A DNA stretch of 64,000 nt from contig PHBH01000024.1 in the NCBI GenBank assembly GCA_002840535.1, forward strand, positions 3,261-67,260. Direction: 5' to 3'. The translations under genes and the position numbers were made by a program. The DNA is from Deltaproteobacteria bacterium HGW-Deltaproteobacteria-15 (GTDB lineage Bacteria; Desulfobacterota; DSM-4660; Desulfatiglandales; HGW-15). The notes under the pieces were generated by a model. It saw nothing but the letters and a program-made list of their open reading frames with translations. It searched no databases and had not been told where the DNA came from. Positions 55,496 through 64,000 of this stretch are shown in pieces; the first letter of the stretch is position 1, and each line of letters opens with the position of its first letter.

Positions 55496-56842
55496 ATGAA
55501 CAATGTCTGGGAATCGTTGAAGGAGGCTCTCCGGTCCAAGGTGCCCGAGAAAAGCTACTCGCTCTGGATCAAGCCAATCACCCTTCTCGAACACAAAGAA
55601 AGCACCCTTCTCCTGGGGTGTCCCAACAAGTTCTCCCTGAACTGGGTCATGGAGAATTATGGCGAGATCATGGAGGAGCGGCTTCGAGAAATCTCGGAGG
55701 GCAGTTGCAGCTTCCACCTGAAGGTCATGCCCGCACCGAAGAACGTCCCGAAGCAGGCCCTGAAGGATGAACCACAGTTGGTCCTTCCCCACGTGCCCGT
55801 GACTCCCCGAAGGGGCTGGAGGACCCTGAATCACGATTTCACGTTCGACCGGTTCGTGGTAGGGAAATGCAACGAATTCGCCTATTCGGCATCCAAAGCT
55901 CTCGCGCTGGAGTCCAGCTTCCCCTATAACCCCCTTTTCCTTCTGGCAAACACCGGGTTGGGAAAAAGCCATCTCTCTCAGGCCGTCGGCCATGCCATGC
56001 TCCAGAACAAACCCGACCTCAGGGTTTATTACATCACAGCAGAAGACTTCGTAAACGAAATGATCTGGGCACTCAAGAACAACTCCATCGAGGAGTTCAA
56101 AGGAAAATACCGCAGATCCTGCGATGCATTGCTCCTCGAAGAGGTGCACTTCCTGAGCGGCAAGGAGAAGACGCAGGTGGAACTGGGATACACCCTGGAC
56201 GCCCTGGCCGATGACCATAAGAAGATCATTTTCACGAGCTCGGTCCTTCCCAAGGATATCCCCAATCTGTCAAAGGAGCTTTACTCTCGCTTCAACTCAG
56301 GGCTGATCGCCACCCTGGACATGCCCGACTATGACACGCGGTTGAAGATTCTGGAAAAAAAGGCCTCTGAGCAGAACCTCCACCTGTCGGATGAAATCGT
56401 CCACCTGCTCGCAGAGAAGCTCCCCGGAGACATTCGTCAGATGGAGAGCGCCCTTCGCTGCTTGAAGGCCAAATCCGAACTCCTGAAAGCCAAGATCGAC
56501 ATGGACCTGGCGAGAGAGGTTCTGCAATGCCATGTCTCCGAGGAGAGCGGCTCGAATCAGGAAGACATCAGGGCGCTCGTCTGCCGGTATTTCAAAATAG
56601 ATCCATCCGTGCTGCAATCTAAATCGAGAAAAGCAGCCCATTCGTATCCCCGGAATGTGTATGTCTACCTCTGCCGCAGGCACACCAGCATGACCCTGGA
56701 GCAGATCGGGCAGTCCATCAACAGGAATCATTCCACCATCGTGTATGCCTGTGAGGTGATCGAGCGAAAGATGAAGGCCGATGCAAAGGTGAAGAACCAG
56801 ATCGCTTTTTTCGGCCAGAGGCTCAGAGGAGTACAGGCATAA
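55496..56842 (+). CDS. dnaA: chromosomal replication initiator DnaA
   Basis: AAA+ Walker A/B, DnaA signature, and C-terminal DNA-binding helix (VYVYLCRRHT..SMTLEQIGQ). Confidence 0.95.
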   Translation: MNNVWESLKEALRSKVPEKSYSLWIKPITLLEHKESTLLLGCPNKFSLNWVMENYGEIMEERLREISEGSCSFHLKVMPAPKNVPKQALKDEPQLVLPHVPVTPRRGWRTLNHDFTFDRFVVGKCNEFAYSASKALALESSFPYNPLFLLANTGLGKSHLSQAVGHAMLQNKPDLRVYYITAEDFVNEMIWALKNNSIEEFKGKYRRSCDALLLEEVHFLSGKEKTQVELGYTLDALADDHKKIIFTSSVLPKDIPNLSKELYSRFNSGLIATLDMPDYDTRLKILEKKASEQNLHLSDEIVHLLAEKLPGDIRQMESALRCLKAKSELLKAKIDMDLAREVLQCHVSEESGSNQEDIRALVCRYFKIDPSVLQSKSRKAAHSYPRNVYVYLCRRHTSMTLEQIGQSINRNHSTIVYACEVIERKMKADAKVKNQIAFFGQRLRGVQA

Positions 56843-56861
56843 CGCTTACCGCCGTCGCGAT

Positions 56862-57095
56862 ATGAAACGTTACACCCTTTATTTACTCATTCTCTTCGGG
56901 GCTTTGATCTCAGGGGCCGTTCTGTTTCTTGGCATCCTCTCCGTGCTGATAGGAATCTCACACCAGGACATGGACGGCTTCCTCACCCCCGTTCTCGTGG
57001 GATCGTTCGGTTCGGTCCTGGTCCTTTATCTTTTCTTTCGTTTCTCCAGGTATCTCTTCCGCCAGATGAATCGCACAGATTCCCTCGACCTTTAG
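56862..57095 (+). CDS. hypothetical small membrane protein
   Basis: Two TM helices; weak SD. Confidence 0.3.
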   Translation: MKRYTLYLLILFGALISGAVLFLGILSVLIGISHQDMDGFLTPVLVGSFGSVLVLYLFFRFSRYLFRQMNRTDSLDL

Positions 57096-57127
57096 CGTCG
57101 TCTTTCTGAATACAGGGACTCAGGACG

Positions 57128-57325
57128 CTAGCTCATCTCCGGACTTTTCCCTTCTCTGTAGAACGAGACCAGCGCTTCCTCTTCGAGCGGTGAAAGATTG
57201 AACTTTCGGCAGGCCTCCTGAATGAGCTTCAGTTTTGACTTTGAAGGATCCTCCTGGAGCTCCGCGGAAATATATTTCACTGCCTGCCTGACCTTCTCTC
57301 CCTTTGGTTGGATCGTCGCCATATT
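57128..57325 (-). CDS. hypothetical small protein (65 aa)
   Basis: AAGGAG SD 6 nt upstream of the internal ATG at 57325. Confidence 0.4.
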   Translation of the reverse strand, partial: NMATIQPKGEKVRQAVKYISAELQEDPSKSKLKLIQEACRKFNLSPLEEEALVSFYREGKSPEMS

Positions 57326-57411
57326 CACTCCTTCTGTCTTGTTTTGTAGTTCATACCATCTTGCAGGTTTAACATCCAAATGTGATATGCTCAAGAGCGT
57401 AAGGCGGCGGC

Positions 57412-58527
57412 ATGGCTTATCCTATGATACGAAGCTTGGCAAAAGTGGCAATCCTTGCAGCAATGTTGTTGGGGCTTCCTCTTCTGGGAATCCTCCTTGC
57501 CTCCATGCCCCTGCAGCCTTATCTGGAGTTCCCTCCTGCCACCCTTTACGTTACCCACGCGCCTTTTTCCTGGGTTGTTTTCCTGGCCTATGCCCTTTTT
57601 GTCCTTCTGATAGTTACGCCCTTCCTCAGGAGGAATCTTGCAGTAAATGGCGCGGCCGAATCTTCGACGGTCGGACCCGCGACCAGGTTCCCCTGGTGGG
57701 GATGGCTGGGGCTTGTCTTCGGAGTTCTTTCCTGGATCCTTGCCTGGACCCGCTTCCCGTGGTTTGAAGCGCTTCAGACCCACACCTTCACCCCCCTTTG
57801 GCTATCCTACGTCATCACCATGAATGCGTTGGCCTATCGGAGAACCGGGACTTGCCTCCTCATCGACCGTCCTATCGCTTACCTGCTCCTTTTTCCTGTG
57901 AGCGCCATTTTCTGGTGGTTCTTCGAGTACCTGAACAGGTTTGTTCAGAACTGGTACTATGTGGGCCCACCGCTGAATCCTATCGAGTATTTCTGGTACG
58001 CCACTCCCGCCTTTTCGACGGTTCTGCCCGCCTTCACCGCTACCCGGGAGTGGGTTCTTTCCTTTTCATGGCCGAAGAGATTCCACCATTTTCTTCCGAT
58101 CTCCGTACCAAGACCAAAGACGATAGGCGCCCTGGTGCTGATGATTGCCGCACTGGGGCTCGCGGGTCTTGGGGTGTTCCCCGATTATCTTTTCGCGCTC
58201 TTATGGATTTCCCCTCTGCTCATTCTGGTCTCCCTGAAGGCCATGTTCGGGGAGCATCATATCTTCTCCAACCTGAACCACGGCGACTGGAGTCTCGTGA
58301 TCGCCTCCGCGGTCTCCGCCCTCGTTTGCGGGTTCTTCTGGGAGATGTGGAATTTCTTCAGCCTTGCGAAGTGGATTTATCAGGTCCCTTTCGTTGCGAG
58401 GTTTCACATCTTTGAAATGCCCTTGATCGGTTATGCCGGGTATCTCCCATTCGGGGTGGAGTGTGCGGTGATCGTGGAGATGGTGATGAGGAAAGATACA
58501 AGATCCAGGTTACATGATGCAGGATAA
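57412..58527 (+). CDS. polytopic membrane protein, function unknown
   Basis: About 9 hydrophobic segments, rich in W/F/Y. Confidence 0.5.
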   Translation: MAYPMIRSLAKVAILAAMLLGLPLLGILLASMPLQPYLEFPPATLYVTHAPFSWVVFLAYALFVLLIVTPFLRRNLAVNGAAESSTVGPATRFPWWGWLGLVFGVLSWILAWTRFPWFEALQTHTFTPLWLSYVITMNALAYRRTGTCLLIDRPIAYLLLFPVSAIFWWFFEYLNRFVQNWYYVGPPLNPIEYFWYATPAFSTVLPAFTATREWVLSFSWPKRFHHFLPISVPRPKTIGALVLMIAALGLAGLGVFPDYLFALLWISPLLILVSLKAMFGEHHIFSNLNHGDWSLVIASAVSALVCGFFWEMWNFFSLAKWIYQVPFVARFHIFEMPLIGYAGYLPFGVECAVIVEMVMRKDTRSRLHDAG

Positions 58528-58745
58528 AAGATTCAGGATGCACGATGCAGGATGAAAAGACAAAGAGTAGAAGACTTCTTGGACGCGGATTTTACGGATT
58601 CACACGGATTTGAAAAGATTTTCTTGTCGAACCAAAAGAGACTTATCCGTCTTCATCTGTGTTCATCCGTGTCCCAATAATCATGTCCTTTTTCCTCTTA
58701 TCCTGAATCCCCTCATCTTGGATCTTGCATCCTTCATCATTCCAA
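58505..58745. repeat. inverted pair of 'GATGCAGGAT' repeat blocks (58505-58555 forward, 58695-58745 reverse) flanking a 140-bp insert
   Basis: Same block type as 63105-63160 and 63465-63520. The insert carries the tgtgttcatccgtgtcccaat motif, also found at 37513-37533. Confidence 0.6.
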
Positions 58746-59549
58746 GCGCAGGGATACATCGCCGCAGAGGATCTTTCTTCTGACGCCACTTTCCAGTTCG
58801 AGAATCAGAGCACCCGTCTGATCTATTCGGACTGCCCTGCCTCTTATCGTCTCAGCGCCGGTCTCGACCATGACATTTCTGCCCAGGATCAGCGAAAGGT
58901 CGTTCCATTTCGAATAAATGAGATGCGTATCTCCATTGAGAAAAGCGCCGTAGCTGTTCTCGAATTCCTTCAGGATCCGGACAAGGAGGTCGGCCCTTGG
59001 AAACACCTTTCCTGTTTCCATCCTGACGCTGGTGGCAGGACCCCTGATTTCTTCTTGCCCGGCCGGATGCCACTGAACGTTCAGCCCCATACCCAGGACC
59101 ACATAATCGACGGAACTGCCTTTGACGCCGAATTCAGTGAGAATGCCCGCGAGCTTTCTTTGGCCCGCATAAAGATCGTTGGGCCATTTGATCCGAGCGG
59201 CAACACCCGTTCTCCTGTGGAGGACTTCAGCGGCCGAGACTGCCAGGATCATGGTTAGAGCGAAGACTTGTTCGGGTTCAACACGGGCCCGGAGAAGAAT
59301 GGAGAAAAGAAGATTGGCGCCGGGCAGGGAAAGCCAGCTTCTTCCCACTCGCCCTCTACCCCCGGTCTGTGCATCGGCCACCACAACCGTGCCGTCAGGC
59401 GCGCCGTTTGCGGCAAGGGATTTTAAGAGGCTGTTGGTCGATTCCAGGGTAGCGTGATATCGGAGGTCGACCCCGAAAAAGGTCCCGGATAACGCGCGCC
59501 GAAGCTCCTGGGGGTCAATCGGGTCGGATGGGCGGGGGTCATTGGTCAT
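58737..59549 (-). CDS. birA: biotin--[acetyl-CoA-carboxylase] ligase (group I, no HTH domain)
   Basis: GGRGRVGRSW biotin-binding motif, KWPNDL. Confidence 0.8.
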   Translation of the reverse strand: MTNDPRPSDPIDPQELRRALSGTFFGVDLRYHATLESTNSLLKSLAANGAPDGTVVVADAQTGGRGRVGRSWLSLPGANLLFSILLRARVEPEQVFALTMILAVSAAEVLHRRTGVAARIKWPNDLYAGQRKLAGILTEFGVKGSSVDYVVLGMGLNVQWHPAGQEEIRGPATSVRMETGKVFPRADLLVRILKEFENSYGAFLNGDTHLIYSKWNDLSLILGRNVMVETGAETIRGRAVRIDQTGALILELESGVRRKILCGDVSLRLE

Positions 59550-59555
59550 TTATGC

Positions 59556-60578
59556 CTAGTATTCCGGTTCGGCCCGAAGTACCCTCGTCATCAGATCCTT
59601 CATGGCTTCCTTCGGGTTTTTCCCCTCGTAGAGCACCCGATACACTTGCTCGACGATCGGCATCTGTACCTCTGTCTTCAAGGCGAGGGTTCTCGCGGAG
59701 AGTGTCGTCTTCACCCCTTCCGCCACCGTGTTCATGCCTTTCACAATCTGTTCGAGACGCATCCCCCGGCCGATCTGGAGCCCCACGCTCCGGTTTCTGC
59801 TAAGATCCCCTGTGCAGGTCAGTACGAGATCTCCCATGCCCGCCAGTCCGGCAAATGTGGCGGGCCTGGCGCCGAGGCCGATACCCAGTCTCGTCATCTC
59901 TGCAAGCCCGCGGGTGATCAGGGCGGCCCTGGTGTTGGTACCAAGATCCAACCCGTCCGAGATGCCCGCGGCAATGGCGAACACGTTCTTGAGTGCACCG
60001 CAAAGTTCCACGCCCACCAGGTCGTCGGTGGTATAGACCCGAAAGACGTCGTCCGCGAAAAGCACCTGGAGTTGCTGCGCCCGGCTCAGGTCCCCGCAGG
60101 CAATCGTGACGACTGTCGGGCGTCTCATGGAAACCTCCCTCGCAAAGCTTGGGCCCCCCAGGGATGCAAACACCAGGCGGGATTCCCCGGGCAGTAGTGA
60201 TTCGGCTACCTGGGACATGGTCATGAGCGTGTCGTTTTCTATGCCTTTGGCAAGATTCAATACCGTGGCACCCGGCTTCAGGTGGACCCTCACCCCTTTG
60301 AGGACCTCCCTGAACACATGGGACGGAACGGCCATCAACACCAGATCCCTTCCCGAAACCGCTTCTTCGTAGGCCCGCACGGGTTTGAGCCCGGGGGAAA
60401 GATCGATCCCGTCCAGAAAGGTCCTGTTCATTCTCTCTTTCAGGATCTGTTGATATACCTCCTCTTCCCTGATCCAGAGGGCGACATCATGCCCCTTCCG
60501 AACAAGAAAATTGGCGAGGGTGGTCCCCCACGCCCCTGCGCCGATGACGCCAATGCCCTCGATTCCGACTTCCGACAT
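59556..60578 (-). CDS. gpsA: NAD(P)H-dependent glycerol-3-phosphate dehydrogenase
   Basis: GVIGAGAWGT Rossmann motif and GpsA core. Start set at the internal ATG at 60578. Confidence 0.85.
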   Translation of the reverse strand: MSEVGIEGIGVIGAGAWGTTLANFLVRKGHDVALWIREEEVYQQILKERMNRTFLDGIDLSPGLKPVRAYEEAVSGRDLVLMAVPSHVFREVLKGVRVHLKPGATVLNLAKGIENDTLMTMSQVAESLLPGESRLVFASLGGPSFAREVSMRRPTVVTIACGDLSRAQQLQVLFADDVFRVYTTDDLVGVELCGALKNVFAIAAGISDGLDLGTNTRAALITRGLAEMTRLGIGLGARPATFAGLAGMGDLVLTCTGDLSRNRSVGLQIGRGMRLEQIVKGMNTVAEGVKTTLSARTLALKTEVQMPIVEQVYRVLYEGKNPKEAMKDLMTRVLRAEPEY

Positions 60579-60664
60579 GTACAGATCCTTTACCTTATTC
60601 ACTGAGTAAATCATGCCTTCCAGGCAAGATACCGTGTTCTCCACAGGCGAGCGCTCATTGACAA

Positions 60665-63085
60665 CTAATCTTCGACCACCTTCGCCACAGCTACCACCTT
60701 CTCTCCCTCTGCAAGGTGGATCAGTCTGACACCCTGGGTGTTTCGGCCGATCACCTTGATGTCGCTTGCCCTCAGCCGGATGATCTTGCCGCTTCCGGTA
60801 ATGATCATCAGCTGATCCAGATCGCTTACCTGGTACGCGTACACCACAGGGCCGTTTCTCTCAGAGGTCTTGATGGTCAGAATGCCTCTTCCTCCCCTTC
60901 CCTGCTTCCGGTACTCATCGGTCTTGGTCCGCTTTCCATAGCCGTTCTCGGTCACGGTAAGGATGCTGGCCCCTTCATCCAGGGCCTCCATTCCGACCAC
61001 CTCGTCGTCCTTGTCCATCCTGATCCCGATGTTGCCGGCAGTCACCCTGCCCATCTCCCGTATCTCGGATTCATGAAAACGGATGGACTTGCCCTGGCGG
61101 GTGGTCAGGAAGATGTCCTGGCCGCCGCTGCTGACGCGAACGGCAATCAGTTCATCGTCCTCGTTGAGCTTGATGCCCATGATGCCCCCGGCCCGCGGAT
61201 GGCTGTAGGAGACGAGCTCGGTTTTCTTGACCAACCCCTGTTTGGTCGCCATGACAACGTATTTTCCCTTTTCGAAATCCCTGATGGAGAGCGTTGTGGT
61301 CACCTGTTCTCCCAATTGCAGTTCCAGGAGATTGACAATCGCCTTTCCTCTCGACGCGCGGCTTGCCTCCGGGATTTCGTGCACCTTCTTCCAGTAGACC
61401 CTCCCCTTGTTCGTGAAGAAGAGGAGATGATCATGCGAAGAGGCCACGAAGAGCATCTCCACAAAATCTTCCTCTTTCGGCTTGACCCCGGTCATCCCTT
61501 TTCCGCCCCGGCGCTGAGCCCTGTAAAGGCTTACCGGGCTTCTCTTGATGTATCCGTCGTGGCTGATGGTGACCACCATGTCCTCTTCTGCGATCAGGTC
61601 CTCCACATCGATTTCCCCGGACTCGGCCAGGATCTCGGTCCTCCGCTCGTCACCGTGCTCCTTCTTGATCGCCTCCAGCTCCTCTTTGATGAGTTGGAGA
61701 ACCATGGCCGGACTTCCCAGGATGGCCCTGAACCTCTCCATGTTCTTGAGAAGCTCTTCATACTCCGACGTGATCTTCTCCCTCTCCATTCCGGTGAGTC
61801 TCTGCAGCCTCATGTCCAGGATGGCCTGGGCCTGTATCTCGGACAGGGAAAAATCGCTCATCAGTCTTGCCCTTGCCTCTTTCGGGTCGGAGGAGGATCG
61901 AATGACCTCGATCACATCGTCCATGAAATCGAGGGCGATCTTGAGACCTTCGAGGATATGGGCGCGGGCTTCCGCCTGCCTCAGCTCATAGGTCGTCCTG
62001 CGGATGATGATGTCTTTGCGATGAATGAGGAAGCTCTGAAGGATTTCCTTCAGGGTGAGGACATGGGGTCTGCCATTCACGATTGCAAGAAGAATGATGC
62101 CGAAGGAGACCTCCATCTGCGTGTACTTGTAGAGGCGGTTGAGGATGACCAATGCCTTGGCATCCCTGCGGATCTCCAGAACCACCCTCAAACCGTCCCT
62201 GTCCGACTCGTCCCGGATGTCGGTTATGCCGTCGATCTTCTTCTCCTTGACGAGCTCTGCAATGCGTTCCAGCAGCTTGCTCTTGTTGATCTGAAAGGGG
62301 ATCTCGGAGATGATGATCCTCTCCTTGTTCTGGGCCTGCTTTTCGACAAAAGCCCTTGCCCGAACGCGAATGACTCCTCTTCCAGTCTCGTAGGCCTCAC
62401 GGATCCCTTTGGAGTAAATGATGAACCCGGCCGTGGGGAAGTCCGGCCCGGGAATGATCTTCATCAGCTCGCCCACGGTAGTCTCCGGGCGTTCGATGAG
62501 GCGGACAATGGCGTCACACACTTCCGAGAGGTTGTGCGGCGGTATGTTGGTGGCCATGCCGACTGCGATGCCGGAGGAGCCGTTGATGAGAAGGTTCGGA
62601 ATCGAGGTGGGGAGAATAACCGGCTCCATTATCGAGCCGTCGTAGTTCGGTGTAAAATCTACCGTCTCTTTGTCGATGTCGTCCAGAAAGTTCTGGGTGA
62701 GCCGCGTCATGCGGACCTCGGTGTACCGCATGGCGGCGGGGGGATCGCCGTCCACCGACCCGAAATTCCCCTGACCGTCCACCAGAGGGTATCGCAAAGA
62801 GAAATCCTGCGCCATGCGCACGATGGTGTCGTACACGGCCGAATCCCCGTGGGGATGGAACTTTCCAATAACGTCGCCAACCACCCTTGCGGACTTCTTG
62901 TAAGGACGGTTGAAATAGTTCTTCATCTCGTGCATCGCGTACAGAACACGCCGATGCACGGGTTTCAGGCCGTCCCGGATATCCGGCAGGGCCCTGCCGA
63001 CGATGACGCTCATCGAATACTCGAGATACGACTTCTTCATCTCGTCTTCGATGTTGACAATGTCGGGCAGCAGAGTTGCAACCAT
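60665..63085 (-). CDS. gyrA: DNA gyrase subunit A
   Basis: Active-site Tyr region (AAMRYTE), QRDR-like segment, and C-terminal beta-pinwheel repeats. Start at ATG 63085 with GGGAGA upstream; the alternative is 63100. Confidence 0.95.
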   Translation of the reverse strand: MVATLLPDIVNIEDEMKKSYLEYSMSVIVGRALPDIRDGLKPVHRRVLYAMHEMKNYFNRPYKKSARVVGDVIGKFHPHGDSAVYDTIVRMAQDFSLRYPLVDGQGNFGSVDGDPPAAMRYTEVRMTRLTQNFLDDIDKETVDFTPNYDGSIMEPVILPTSIPNLLINGSSGIAVGMATNIPPHNLSEVCDAIVRLIERPETTVGELMKIIPGPDFPTAGFIIYSKGIREAYETGRGVIRVRARAFVEKQAQNKERIIISEIPFQINKSKLLERIAELVKEKKIDGITDIRDESDRDGLRVVLEIRRDAKALVILNRLYKYTQMEVSFGIILLAIVNGRPHVLTLKEILQSFLIHRKDIIIRRTTYELRQAEARAHILEGLKIALDFMDDVIEVIRSSSDPKEARARLMSDFSLSEIQAQAILDMRLQRLTGMEREKITSEYEELLKNMERFRAILGSPAMVLQLIKEELEAIKKEHGDERRTEILAESGEIDVEDLIAEEDMVVTISHDGYIKRSPVSLYRAQRRGGKGMTGVKPKEEDFVEMLFVASSHDHLLFFTNKGRVYWKKVHEIPEASRASRGKAIVNLLELQLGEQVTTTLSIRDFEKGKYVVMATKQGLVKKTELVSYSHPRAGGIMGIKLNEDDELIAVRVSSGGQDIFLTTRQGKSIRFHESEIREMGRVTAGNIGIRMDKDDEVVGMEALDEGASILTVTENGYGKRTKTDEYRKQGRGGRGILTIKTSERNGPVVYAYQVSDLDQLMIITGSGKIIRLRASDIKVIGRNTQGVRLIHLAEGEKVVAVAKVVED

Positions 63086-63165
63086 GGTTGTTTCTCCCAT
63101 TCAAAATGCAGAATACAGGATCCAGGATTCAGGATGCCAAGACAGGATGCAGGAACAGAAAAGAT

Positions 63166-63418
63166 ATCACCGCAGAGTACGCGGAGAGAGACTCATTCTT
63201 AAATGGCGGAGATGCCGCCATTTAAAAAGACTCAGCCTGCTTTAATGAGCCGGTTGTCTCCGGCCTGTGCCCTTGATGCTGCGTAGACGGAGTGCGCTTT
63301 ACGAGCCGAAAAGATTAAAGACGGGAGTTGATCTGTGAGCGCCCCTTCTTGTCTGCAGTCGTCTCCCTGCAGACAAGAAAGAGAGTTCTCTCTGCGAACT
63401 CTGCGTCTCTGCGGTGAA
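63166..63418. repeat. MITE-like structured repeat, copy 3, in the gyrB-gyrA spacer
   Basis: TIR tcaccgcagagtacgcggagag / ctctgcgtctctgcggtga. Hairpins carry compensatory changes (ttaaatggcgg..ccgccatttaa). Confidence 0.7.
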
Positions 63419-63517
63419 TACCTTGTTGTTTTCAACCCTTTCGCGTCTTTGCGTGAAACCCCTTCTCTTTTATCCTGCGTCCTGCAACTTGGATCCTGAA
63501 ACCTGCATCCTTCAGTA

Positions 63518-63999
63518 TTAAATATCCAGCTCCCTGACTTCCAGTGCGTTTGTCTGGATAAAGTCCCTTCTGGGCTCTACCTTGTCGCCCATGAGAATGG
63601 TGAAGATCTCATCGGCCTCCACCACGTCTTCCACTTTGACCTTCAACAGCGTCCTCTTGTCCGGGTCCATGGTGGTTTCCCACAGCTGACCCGGGTTCAT
63701 CTCTCCAAGGCCTTTGTATCTCTGGATCGTCAATCCCTTTTTCCCTTTTTCCTGAAGAAAGTCGAAGAGCGCCCTCAACCCCTTCAGTTCTTTTCCATCC
63801 CCGTCGCCGGAGAGTACAAACGTGGCGCCGTTCCAGTCCTTGAACCGCTCCCCAAGGACCATGATGCGTTTGAGCTCAGGGGAGGAGATGACCTCCCAGT
63901 TCACATCCATGGTTCTTCCCTGGTTGAACTGCTCGGTCACGCTGAATTCGTAATATCCCCTTCCTTCCTGGTCCAGCCGTTTCTCTTCTACCCTGTAAC
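63518..63999 (-). CDS. gyrB: DNA gyrase subunit B, C-terminal part (gene continues beyond the window edge)
   Basis: C-terminal GyrB motifs ([17 protein letters not shown]). The reading frame stays open to the window end. Confidence 0.9.
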   Translation of the reverse strand, partial: YRVEEKRLDQEGRGYYEFSVTEQFNQGRTMDVNWEVISSPELKRIMVLGERFKDWNGATFVLSGDGDGKELKGLRALFDFLQEKGKKGLTIQRYKGLGEMNPGQLWETTMDPDKRTLLKVKVEDVVEADEIFTILMGDKVEPRRDFIQTNALEVRELDI

Positions 64000-64000
64000 C

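Noticed and set aside
60716-63202. 828-aa plus-strand ORF antisense to gyrA
   Set aside because: gyrA identity on the minus strand is certain. The antisense ORF is low-complexity (G/R/P/D/H-rich), which is typical of a GC artefact.

Overview
High-GC (about 57-58%) bacterial chromosomal window whose gene content suggests an anaerobic deltaproteobacterium-like organism. It is origin-proximal: parA-parB with one perfect 16-bp parS palindrome, dnaA (+) at 55.5 kb, and gyrA with the 3' part of gyrB (-) at the right edge. The arrangement is atypical: dnaA converges on gyrB-gyrA rather than preceding dnaN-recF-gyrB. Gene density is high, and most gene calls rest on recognisable family motifs in the supplied translations. 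Contents include a TctCBA tripartite tricarboxylate transporter, two class III nucleotide cyclases (a zinc-ribbon/cyclase/STAND-ATPase/TPR giant and a CHASE2-cyclase), and a secreted TPR-orthocaspase (C14) with lipoprotein and cupin neighbours. Further contents are an IspH fused to a polytopic membrane domain and translationally coupled to a GT2 glycosyltransferase, a flotillin/NfeD/PspA membrane-stress cluster, B12-dependent class II RNR (nrdJ) preceded by tandem NrdR boxes, Hsp20, a YcgN/B12-radical-SAM pair, an ACT/UPF0210 pair, an ECF sigma/anti-sigma/DUF3106 module, and housekeeping genes (ddl, birA, gpsA, plsY, dus). No rRNA, tRNA or CRISPR array was found. The intergenic space carries at least four unrelated repeat or structured-element families. 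One is an approximately 250-bp MITE-like element with terminal inverted repeats and internal hairpins (3 copies). The second is 'CAGGATG' repeat blocks in inverted pairs (2 loci). The third is an 'AAATCCGAA...CGAAACAA' motif family (3-4 copies). The fourth is a twin-hairpin element with compensatory substitutions. There is also an unannotated 53-aa cysteine-rich ORF with a strong SD, and a striking A-B-A'-B' mutually exclusive stem arrangement upstream of the UPF0210 gene. Long antisense ORFs inside nrdJ, gyrA, the STAND gene and the flotillin gene are treated as GC-driven artefacts.
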